Assembly: GCA_963711005.1 (NCBI GenBank)
Contig: CAVQCJ010000002.1
Span: 475,729-539,728, forward strand
Reading direction: 5' to 3'
DNA length: 64,000 nucleotides
DNA from: an uncultured Actinomycetota bacterium
GTDB taxonomy: Bacteria; Actinomycetota; Actinomycetes; Prado026
Positions 19,320 through 26,812 of the stretch are shown here, piece by piece. A program made the translations under genes and the position numbers. How positions within the stretch are numbered: position 1 is the first letter of the stretch; every line of letters starts with the position of its first letter. The notes beneath the pieces were generated by a model. The model saw nothing but the letters and a program-made list of their open reading frames with translations, was not told the origin of the DNA and searched no databases.

Positions 19320-20746
19320 CGGTCGCCACCGGCGAACAGCCGTGGCCCGCCCTCCCGCAAGACGGCGAGGTCGGCCGCGCGCTGCTCGCGCCTGGCCTGG
19401 TCGTTGCGCCACAGCAGCGCCATGCCCATCAACGTGATGGCCAGCGGCGACACGACCGAGGTGTAGAAGAGCGAGTAGAAGATGCCCAGCAGCAGGACCA
19501 GCGTGCCGCCGATCCCCACCACGGAATGGTCGCGCCAGTAGCGGATGACGCCCTGGAAGAGGAACAGCAGGTAGAGGATCGCGCCCGGGTAGCCCTGGGC
19601 CACCAGGAGCAGCCACAGCTGCCCGGTACTGCCGATCACGCGGTTGCCGCAGCGCGGGCAGCCGGGGCTCTGCCCGATCGTGGCCGACTTGTCGCTGCCG
19701 ATCGTCGACCGGGTGCTGCCGTAGCCGATCGGCGACGTCGCGGCGACCTTCAGCGACTCCAGCGACAGTGACCCGCGGACCTCGTTGCTGTGCGGCGTCG
19801 CGATCCGCGCCGTCACCACGTCCTGGAGCGGGGAGAGCACGACGGCGGCGCCGACGAGCCCGGCCGCAACCCCGAGCCCGAGCAGGATCGCGTAGCGGTG
19901 CTGCAGGGCCAGTCGCAGGGCGACGTACATTGCGCCCAGCACCAGGCCCAGCCACATGCCGCGGTTCTGCGAGTACACGACCGGTACGACCGACACCGCG
20001 AGCACGACGAGCGCGACCACCCGGCGCCGGTCGGAGGCGTACAGCAGCCAGCCGATGACGAACCAGACAAGCAGCATCGAGTAGTTGTTGCCCCAGGCGT
20101 TCGCGTACTCGAACGGCGCGCTGGGCCGCGGGTAGCCCAGGACCGTCTGGACCTGCGCGCTCTCGATGTGCGTGAACTGCTGGACGAAGTCGATGCTCTG
20201 CAGGCTGGCGGGCAGGATGGCCTTGATCGGCGAGTCGTACCCGAAGTGCGGCGCGAACGTGCCGAGCAGCCCGCCGACGACGGTGACGACGAACACCACG
20301 CCCAGCCAGCGGATCAGCCGCAGCCGGGGCAGCTCGCGCTCGGTCAGGTTGCCGGTGTAGATCATCACCAGCGTGACGGACAGGTAGTTGAGCAGCCGGA
20401 TCGCGTACGCGATGTAGTGGCCGGGTCCGCCGTTCACCGGCAGCGTGTCCGGCGCCTGGACGTCGACCATCAGGCCGCTGATGACCACCAGCGACAGGAA
20501 CAGCGCCCACACCCAGAACATCGGCGGCAGCTTGATCGGGCGCCGCCTGGACAGCTGGAAGACCATCGGGATCGCGAAGAGCGTCCACACCAGCGGGGCG
20601 ATCCCCAGCGCCCACCACAGCGGGTAGCCGAGCAGCAGCGCAGCCAGCGGCCACGCGGTCGGCAGCCGGCGCGCCGGCGCTGCGTGCGCCCCCGCGCGGG
20701 TCCCGGTGGTCCGCGGCCGGTGCCGGTCCAGCCCGACCGCGGTCAC
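19316..20746 (-). CDS. O-antigen polymerase/ligase-like (Wzy_C-type) integral membrane protein
   Basis: About 476 aa. Many hydrophobic helices with one large loop. Its position within a Wzx/PCP cluster supports the call. GTG 20746 overlaps the DUF3048 gene stop as GTGA (20743-20746). Confidence 0.6.
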   Translation of the reverse strand: MTAVGLDRHRPRTTGTRAGAHAAPARRLPTAWPLAALLLGYPLWWALGIAPLVWTLFAIPMVFQLSRRRPIKLPPMFWVWALFLSLVVISGLMVDVQAPDTLPVNGGPGHYIAYAIRLLNYLSVTLVMIYTGNLTERELPRLRLIRWLGVVFVVTVVGGLLGTFAPHFGYDSPIKAILPASLQSIDFVQQFTHIESAQVQTVLGYPRPSAPFEYANAWGNNYSMLLVWFVIGWLLYASDRRRVVALVVLAVSVVPVVYSQNRGMWLGLVLGAMYVALRLALQHRYAILLGLGVAAGLVGAAVVLSPLQDVVTARIATPHSNEVRGSLSLESLKVAATSPIGYGSTRSTIGSDKSATIGQSPGCPRCGNRVIGSTGQLWLLLVAQGYPGAILYLLFLFQGVIRYWRDHSVVGIGGTLVLLLGIFYSLFYTSVVSPLAITLMGMALLWRNDQARREQRAADLAVLREGGPRLFAGGDR

Positions 20747-21759
20747 GACGCCGTCACCTTGGTGCCCCTGGGCACGAGCAGCACCCAGGTCCGCCCCGGC
20801 TGCAGCCCGATCGGCTGCGGGCCGGCGGTGTACACGGTCACCACACCCGGGAACCGCCGGGTCCACACGACGCTCGCGCCGTGCCGCCCGGCGTAGACGT
20901 CGGCCGGGCCGGTGCCGACCGTGTCGGCGCTGCCGACGGCCGGCGACTTGTGCGGGGTGAACGTCTTGTACGGCACGAACTGCACGACGATGTTGGTCAC
21001 GAGGCTGCCGGCCGGTCCGGCCCAGGCCTTGCCGGTCCAGGTCCAGGACATCGACGCCTGCCCGGGCACCGAGACGACGATGTGCGACAGCGACTTCGCA
21101 CCCGTCGGCGCGGGTGCCGACGCCGAGGCGAAGGTCAGTGCTCCACCCATCGGCGGGGCCGCGCCACGCACGCTGGCCCGCAACGCGGTGGTCGACACGA
21201 CCAGGCCACCACTGCCGGTACGGAACAACGACCGGTACGAGCCCGCCGCGTCACGCGCGGTCACTGCAGGCGCCTTGGCCTGCGAGACGAACCCGGACGG
21301 GCCGCCGTCGAAGGCGTAGGCGGGCGAGGTGAACAGGGTCAGCAGCCGCGGGTCGTCCGGCGCGGTGGCCGTGACCGGCCCGACCGACCCGGTGTCCGCC
21401 GACTGGTAGACCGCCAGCAGCCGCACGTGACCTGGACGGTCGAACTCCGCGTACACGACGTCCGCTGCCCCGAGCCCGCTGACCGAGCGCCCGGGCACCA
21501 TCTGGACCACGACCGCGACGGCGCTCCGGCTCAGTGCCGCGGCGGTCGCGACGGGCACGCCAGTGAACGGGGCGTAGCCGGCCGGGGCCACCGTGCTGGA
21601 CGGGCTCGTCGACGCGGTGGCCGACGGCGAGGTGGACACGGACGACGCGACCGTGGGGAGCGTGGACGGCAGGGCGTCCGAGCCGCCGCATCCGGCCAGG
21701 CCGAGCAGCGCGGCGGCGCCGGCGGCACCCGCCACCACCCTGGTGCTCTTGCGTCCCAT
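20743..21759 (-). CDS. DUF3048-like lipoprotein
   Basis: Signal peptide plus lipobox MGRKSTRVVAGAAGAAALLGLAGC, then a Ser/Thr/Pro linker. DUF3048-like core APFTG.P......SR.AVAVV....P.RS.SGL..ADVVYAE........RLLAVYQS. An alternative GTG start at 21786 lies 1 nt after the PCP stop. Confidence 0.55.
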   Translation of the reverse strand: MGRKSTRVVAGAAGAAALLGLAGCGGSDALPSTLPTVASSVSTSPSATASTSPSSTVAPAGYAPFTGVPVATAAALSRSAVAVVVQMVPGRSVSGLGAADVVYAEFDRPGHVRLLAVYQSADTGSVGPVTATAPDDPRLLTLFTSPAYAFDGGPSGFVSQAKAPAVTARDAAGSYRSLFRTGSGGLVVSTTALRASVRGAAPPMGGALTFASASAPAPTGAKSLSHIVVSVPGQASMSWTWTGKAWAGPAGSLVTNIVVQFVPYKTFTPHKSPAVGSADTVGTGPADVYAGRHGASVVWTRRFPGVVTVYTAGPQPIGLQPGRTWVLLVPRGTKVTAS

Positions 21760-21787
21760 GACGTCGCGCCGCCCCCAGCCGGTCACG

Positions 21788-23356
21788 TCAGGGCCGCGAC
21801 GGCATGACCGTCTCGGCCGCAGCGCGCTCGGTCACGTCACCCGCGGTCAGCTTCGCTGGCGCGGGCACGGTAGGGACCACCACGGCCCCCAGGACCAGCG
21901 CGCCGGACTGCTCGAGCTCTTCGAACGCGTGCCGCACGAGCGGCAGTTTGCTCGTGCCGAGCTCGACCACGACGAGGGCCGAACCCGCCCAGCGGGCCAG
22001 CTCCTGGGCGTCGGTGCCCTGCTGGACCTCGGGCGCCTCGATGATGACGCGGTGACCGTCCTTGACCAGCTGGTCGACGAGGGCCGCCACCTTCTGCAGC
22101 GGGACCCGGTCGAACACGTCGGCGAGGTCACGGCCCGGCACCACCACCCGCAGCCGTGGACGGCCGGGGACCGCCTGCGCGAGCTCCTCGAGCGGACGTT
22201 CCTCGAGCAGTGCCGAGCTGAGGCCCGGGCCTTCGGCGAGGCCGAACATGGTCGCGACGGCGGAGTCGGGATTGGCACTGAGCAGGACGACCTCGGCGCC
22301 GGAGCGGGCCATCGACAGCCCCAGGTTGCCCGCGACGAACGCCGTGCCGTGGCCGTCCTGCGCCCCGGTCACCACGACCGAGCTGGCCCGGTCCGGCGTG
22401 GCCGAGTCGAGACGCAGCCGGAGCCGGTCGAACTCGCCACTTCCGGTGCGCGCGGTGAGCACGCCGCCGACCACCTTGCCGCGGGCCGGCTTCGGGATCG
22501 AGGCGATGACCGGACGCCCGGCCCGCTGCTCGACGTCCTCGGGACGGCGGACGCGCTTGTCCATCCGGGCCGCGAGCACCGCGAGCGCGAGACCCAGCAG
22601 CAGTCCGGCGAACATGCCGGTGCCCACGTACAGCCCGGGGATCGGCTTGGACGGGCTCGTCGGGATTGACGCGTCCTGGATGATCTCGCCGGCCGTCGGG
22701 TCGATCGTGGACAGCGGGGTGAGCCGACTGGTGACGTCGGCCACGCTGGTCTTCAGGATGTCGAGCTCGGTGAGCGCGAACTGGTGCGCGGTCGACGACG
22801 GCGCGGTCGCCGCGACCTGGCCGGCGTACTTGGCCACTGAGGCGTAGAGCCCATTCCGCTGCGTGTTCAGCACCTCGGACAGCACCGCGATCTGGGCCTT
22901 GGCCTGGTCGGTGCGGTAGTTGAGGTACGCCAGCGCGAAAGCGTGCGAGCCGGCTACTGCCTTCTCCGGCGTGCTGGCCGAGAACGAGACGTCGATGACC
23001 GAGGTGTTCGCCGGTACGGTGGCCGTGAGCTGACGCTCGAGGACGTCCGTCTCGGTGTCGACCCGCAGCAGGGCCTTCGCCGCGTCGCCGACCTTGTCGC
23101 TGGTGATGATCTGCAGCTCGTTGTCCATGTTGACGCTGGAGTTCGTCCGAGCGCCGGTCACCGAGGTCTGGTCCGGCGGTGCGAGGACCTTCACCGTCGT
23201 GGTCGAGGTGTACTGCTTCTGGATCAGGGTCACGGCAGCCGAGCCGGCCACCAGCCCCAACAGGCCTCCGAGCAGCACAAGCCACCAGAAGCGGCGGATC
23301 CGACCGATCGAGCGGACCGAGTCGCCGCCCCCGATGTCCCTAGCCAGTGCGTCCAT
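21788..23356 (-). CDS. polysaccharide co-polymerase (Wzz/PCP-2b-like) with a degenerate C-terminal BY-kinase/P-loop domain
   Basis: N-terminal Wzz region (RRFWWLVLLGGLLGLVAGSAAV...YTSTTTV) and a second TM helix (YVGTGMFAGLLLGLALAVLAA). The C-terminal MinD/BY-kinase-like fold has a Walker A-equivalent VTGAQDGHGTA with no Lys. No C-terminal Tyr cluster is present. Start at ATG 23356. Confidence 0.75.
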   Translation of the reverse strand: MDALARDIGGGDSVRSIGRIRRFWWLVLLGGLLGLVAGSAAVTLIQKQYTSTTTVKVLAPPDQTSVTGARTNSSVNMDNELQIITSDKVGDAAKALLRVDTETDVLERQLTATVPANTSVIDVSFSASTPEKAVAGSHAFALAYLNYRTDQAKAQIAVLSEVLNTQRNGLYASVAKYAGQVAATAPSSTAHQFALTELDILKTSVADVTSRLTPLSTIDPTAGEIIQDASIPTSPSKPIPGLYVGTGMFAGLLLGLALAVLAARMDKRVRRPEDVEQRAGRPVIASIPKPARGKVVGGVLTARTGSGEFDRLRLRLDSATPDRASSVVVTGAQDGHGTAFVAGNLGLSMARSGAEVVLLSANPDSAVATMFGLAEGPGLSSALLEERPLEELAQAVPGRPRLRVVVPGRDLADVFDRVPLQKVAALVDQLVKDGHRVIIEAPEVQQGTDAQELARWAGSALVVVELGTSKLPLVRHAFEELEQSGALVLGAVVVPTVPAPAKLTAGDVTERAAAETVMPSRP

Positions 23357-23665
23357 GCGCGCGCGCCTCACAGGTGTAAGAGCTGAAAGTGGACGAAACC
23401 CCCTGGGCCCGCCCCCGGTCCCCGGTAGTGAGGATATCTGTCGCGAGAGCGTACGGAATGGTCGCGCACAGTGACGTCCTCTCAACGGTCGGTGCATGTC
23501 CTCCGAACGGTCAGGGTCCCGTGGTCCACACGGTCACAACGACCGCCAGAACGTCCGGATCGACCGGGCACCGCTTCCCTCCGGTTGTCACCGTGCGTAG
23601 CGTTCGGTGTCGCGGCGAGCGCAGGTCGGGGAGGACCTCGCAGCCGAGGGGTTAGGGACGGTTGC
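23357..23665. promoter_or_regulatory. divergent promoter region between the PCP operon (-) and the Alg14/Alg13-ST/GT2 operon (+), containing three phased ACGGTC repeats
   Basis: 309-bp non-coding gap with locally lower GC. ACGGTC occurs at 23485-23490, 23507-23512 and 23530-23535, spaced 22 and 23 bp apart. Confidence 0.35.
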
Positions 23666-24310
23666 ATGTCTGACACTGAGTCCGTCGCGTCGGCGGCGTC
23701 GGTCACCGGGCTGCGCGAGCCGGGGGTCGAGCCGGAGCTGGTGATCGACCTGACCGAAGCGGGCCGCGCCCGCGCCGGAGCCGGTGTCCGCGCTGCCCGC
23801 GAGCTGTCGGTCGACCGCCTCGAGGTCGTCACCGAGCCGAGCGCGCCGCGGCGGCTGCCCGGAACCGCGATGCTGGTCGGGTCCAGCGGCGGCCACCTGG
23901 CACAGCTGCAGACCGTCGCCCCGCTGTGGGACGCCGACCACCGCTCGTACGTCACCTTCGACACCGAGGACGCCTTGTCGTTGCTCGTGGGCGAGCGCGT
24001 GACCTGGGCGCACCACCCGACCACCCGCAACGTCCGCAACCTCGTGCGCAACAGCGTGCTCGCGGTCCGCGAGCTGCGCCGGAACCGGCCCGACGTCGTG
24101 GTCTCCACCGGCGCCGCCGTCGCGTTCCCGTTCTTCCTCGCCGCGAGGGCCATGCGCATCCCGACCGTGTACGTCGAGGTCTACGACCGGATCGACAGCC
24201 CGACGCTGACGGGCCGGCTGTGCCGCCCGCTCACCAGCCTCTTCTGCGTCCAGTGGCCCGAGCAGACCGCGTTCTACAAGCGGTCCGAGCTCGTCGGGAG
24301 CCTCATGTGA
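23666..24310 (+). CDS. Alg14-like glycosyltransferase membrane/acceptor subunit (PssD/Cps14F-like)
   Basis: Core MLVGSSGGHLAQL...VVSTGAAVAFPFFLAARAMRIPTVYVEVYDRI. High GC3 from ATG 23666 onward. A shorter start at ATG 23870 is possible. The stop overlaps the next start (ATGTGA at 24305-24310). Confidence 0.75.
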   Translation: MSDTESVASAASVTGLREPGVEPELVIDLTEAGRARAGAGVRAARELSVDRLEVVTEPSAPRRLPGTAMLVGSSGGHLAQLQTVAPLWDADHRSYVTFDTEDALSLLVGERVTWAHHPTTRNVRNLVRNSVLAVRELRRNRPDVVVSTGAAVAFPFFLAARAMRIPTVYVEVYDRIDSPTLTGRLCRPLTSLFCVQWPEQTAFYKRSELVGSLM

Positions 24311-25800
24311 CACCGGCGGACCACGCACCGGCGCAGACCGACGAGCCACCCCTGGTGCTGGTCGCGGTCGGCACCGACTACCACCCGTTCGACCGGCTGG
24401 TCGGCTGGGTCGACAGCTGGCTGGCCGACTCCGGGCCGCGGCGCGCAGAGGTGCTCGTGCAGCACGGCCGCTCGTCCGCGCCGGCCGTGGCGCAGGGACG
24501 CCCGTTGCTGGACCACGACGATCTGCAGGACGCGATGGGCCGGGCTGCCGCGGTGGTCTGCCACGGCGGCCCCGCGACCATCATGGAGGCCCGGCGCAAC
24601 GGCCGGCTGCCGATCTGCGTGCCGCGGGACCCGAAGCGGGGCGAGCACGTCGACCAGCACCAGCAGGACTTCGCCCGACGGATGGGGGCCGAGGACGTCG
24701 TCCGGCTGGCCGAGACCGAGGAGCAGTTCCGCGCTGCGCTCGACGAGGCGTTGGACTTCCCCGACCGGTTCGCGCTCGGCGTCGAGTCCGGCTCTGTGGC
24801 CGCGCCCGGCCTGGATCGGTTCGCCGATCTGGTCGGTGAGCTGCTGCCGCCGGTGACCCCGGACGTGCGGGTGCCGGTGCTGTACATCGGCGGTCTCGGC
24901 CGCAGCGGCTCCACCCTGCTCGAGCGGTGCATCGGCCAGGTCGAGCAGGTGGCCTGCGTCGGCGAGGTGGTGCACCTGTGGGAGCGCGGCCTGCGCGACG
25001 ACGAGCTGTGCGGCTGCCGCGACCGGTTCTCCGTGTGCACGTTCTGGCAGCGCGTGGGCAAGAGCGCGTACGGCGGGTGGGACAAGGTCGACGTCGGCGA
25101 GGTGCTGGCACTGAAGGCATCCGTGGACCGCACCAGGTACGCACCCCGGCTGCTGCGGGCACCGGTGGACGGCAGGTTCGGCCGGCAGCTGCGCCGGTAC
25201 GCCGACCTGCTGACCCGGCTGTACGCAGCCGTGCTCGACGTCTCCGGCGCGGAGGTGGTCGTCGACGCGAGCAAGCACGCGTCGACCGCGCTGGTGCTCC
25301 GCGCGGCGCCCGGCATCGACCTCAAGGTGCTGCACGTCGTCCGGGACAGCCCCGCGGTCGCATACGCCTGGACCAAGCAGATCGCCCGACCGGAGGCCGG
25401 ACCCGGCGAGTACATGGCCAGCTGGTCACCGCTGCAGACGACCATGCACTGGACCACGGCCAACGTGCTGCTCGACCGGTCCGCCCGAGCGGGCACCCCG
25501 ACCCGGCTCGTCCGCTACGAGGACTTCGTCCGCGACCCGCGCGCCACCCTCGCCGGCATCCTCGACTTCATCGGCCAGGACTCCGGTTCCGACTCGCTGG
25601 GATTCCTGGACGGGCGGCACCTCACACTGACCCCGTCGCACACGGTGGCCGGCAACCCGATGCGCTTCACCAACGGCAGCCTCGAGGTGGTCGAGGACGA
25701 CGCCTGGCACGAGGCGTTCCCGAGCAGCAGGCGCCGCATGGTCTCCACCCTGACCCGGCCGCTGCGCGGACGCTACGGCTACACCGGGGAGCCCCGTTGA
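24307..25800 (+). CDS. fusion protein: Alg13-like (Glyco_tran_28_C) glycosyltransferase catalytic subunit + C-terminal sulfotransferase domain (ST-3)
   Basis: N-terminal LVLVAVGTDYHPFDRL...VVCHGGPATIMEARRNGRLPICVPRDP..GEHVDQHQ is Alg13/MurG-C-like. After a linker of about 45 aa comes VLYIGGLGRSGSTLLE (5'-PSB) ...LHVVRDSPAVAY (3'-PB) ...LVRYEDFVRDP. One uninterrupted frame runs from GTG 24307. Confidence 0.75.
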   Translation: MTPADHAPAQTDEPPLVLVAVGTDYHPFDRLVGWVDSWLADSGPRRAEVLVQHGRSSAPAVAQGRPLLDHDDLQDAMGRAAAVVCHGGPATIMEARRNGRLPICVPRDPKRGEHVDQHQQDFARRMGAEDVVRLAETEEQFRAALDEALDFPDRFALGVESGSVAAPGLDRFADLVGELLPPVTPDVRVPVLYIGGLGRSGSTLLERCIGQVEQVACVGEVVHLWERGLRDDELCGCRDRFSVCTFWQRVGKSAYGGWDKVDVGEVLALKASVDRTRYAPRLLRAPVDGRFGRQLRRYADLLTRLYAAVLDVSGAEVVVDASKHASTALVLRAAPGIDLKVLHVVRDSPAVAYAWTKQIARPEAGPGEYMASWSPLQTTMHWTTANVLLDRSARAGTPTRLVRYEDFVRDPRATLAGILDFIGQDSGSDSLGFLDGRHLTLTPSHTVAGNPMRFTNGSLEVVEDDAWHEAFPSSRRRMVSTLTRPLRGRYGYTGEPR

Positions 25801-26768
25801 CCGAGCAGGCCACGAAGCGAGACGAGTCGGCCGACCGGACCGTCGTCCTCGCGGACGGCTACCCCGAGGTGGACGTCGTCGTCCCGACGCGGGACCGGCC
25901 CGAGCTGCTGCGGCTGACCATCGACTCGATCCTCGCGCAGGACTACCCCGGCGTGGTGCGGGTGGTCGTCGTCTTCGACCAGTCCGACCCCGACCTCACG
26001 CTGGTGCGCCCCGACCCGATGCGCCCGGTGCTCGTGGTCACGAACAACCGCAAGCCCGGGCTGGCCGGCGGCCGCAACAGCGGGATCCTCGCGTCGCGCG
26101 GCGAGCTCGTGGCCTTCTGCGACGACGACGACGTCTGGCTGCCGGGCAAGCTCTCGGCCCAGGTCACACTGCTCAAGTCCGACCCCGCCGCGTCCGTGGT
26201 CTCGTGCGGCATCCGGATCGACTACGACGGCACGCTGGTTGACCGGGTGCTGCCGCAGACGACGGTCCAGCTTCGGGACCTGCTCCGCGACCGGCTCACC
26301 GAGCTGCACCCCTCGACCTTCCTGATGCGCAGGGCCGCTGTGGTCGACGGTTTCGGGCTCGTCGACGAGGCAGTGCCTGGGTCGTTCGGCGAGGACTACG
26401 AGTTCCTGCTGCGCGGGGCGCGGACCGGTCCGGTCCGCACCGTCCCCGAGGTCGGCGTCGTGGTCCGGTGGCACAAGCAGTCGTACTTCACCAGCCGCTG
26501 GGACACGATGGCGCAAGGCCTGACGTGGCTGCTCGAGCGGTACCCCGAGTTCTCCTCGGTGCCGGCCGGTGAGGCCCGGGTGGCCGGGCAGGTCGCCTTC
26601 GCGCGCGCCGCCCAGGGTGAGCGCCGCGAAGCCCTGCACTGGGTGGGCCGAACGGTCCGCCGCAACCCGTTGGAGCCGCGGGCTTACCTCGCGCTCGCGG
26701 TCGCCTCGGGCGCGGTCAAGCCCGACGCGATCATCCGACGCCTGCACGACCGCGGCCGCGGGATCTGA
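25797..26768 (+). CDS. family 2 glycosyltransferase
   Basis: VDVVVPTRDRPELLRLTIDSILAQ, NSGILASRGELVAFCDDDDVW (DxD). The TTG start overlaps the upstream stop (TTGA at 25797-25800). A later GTG start is possible. Confidence 0.85.
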   Translation: MTEQATKRDESADRTVVLADGYPEVDVVVPTRDRPELLRLTIDSILAQDYPGVVRVVVVFDQSDPDLTLVRPDPMRPVLVVTNNRKPGLAGGRNSGILASRGELVAFCDDDDVWLPGKLSAQVTLLKSDPAASVVSCGIRIDYDGTLVDRVLPQTTVQLRDLLRDRLTELHPSTFLMRRAAVVDGFGLVDEAVPGSFGEDYEFLLRGARTGPVRTVPEVGVVVRWHKQSYFTSRWDTMAQGLTWLLERYPEFSSVPAGEARVAGQVAFARAAQGERREALHWVGRTVRRNPLEPRAYLALAVASGAVKPDAIIRRLHDRGRGI

Positions 26769-26806
26769 CTCCGCGTACCCCCTCGGGACCCCACGAGGCC
26801 GCGGAG
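26769..26806. terminator. GC-rich hairpin between convergent GT2 and HNH genes
   Basis: CTCCGCG (26769-75) pairs with CGCGGAG (26800-06). An inner CCTCG/CGAGG pair is also present. No U-tract follows. Confidence 0.35.
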
Positions 26807-26812
26807 CAGCAC

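Noticed and set aside
19320-20654. N-terminal over-extensions of track ORFs: 18066-20654, 17188-18588, 41092-42621, 46998-49364, 37354-38667, 60733-63723, 24927-26768 and 23926-25800
   Set aside because: Each extension is an Arg/Pro/Gly-rich shadow that overlaps the real upstream gene. Credible starts coincide with GTGA, ATGA or TTGA stop/start overlaps or with SD sequences, and homology begins there.
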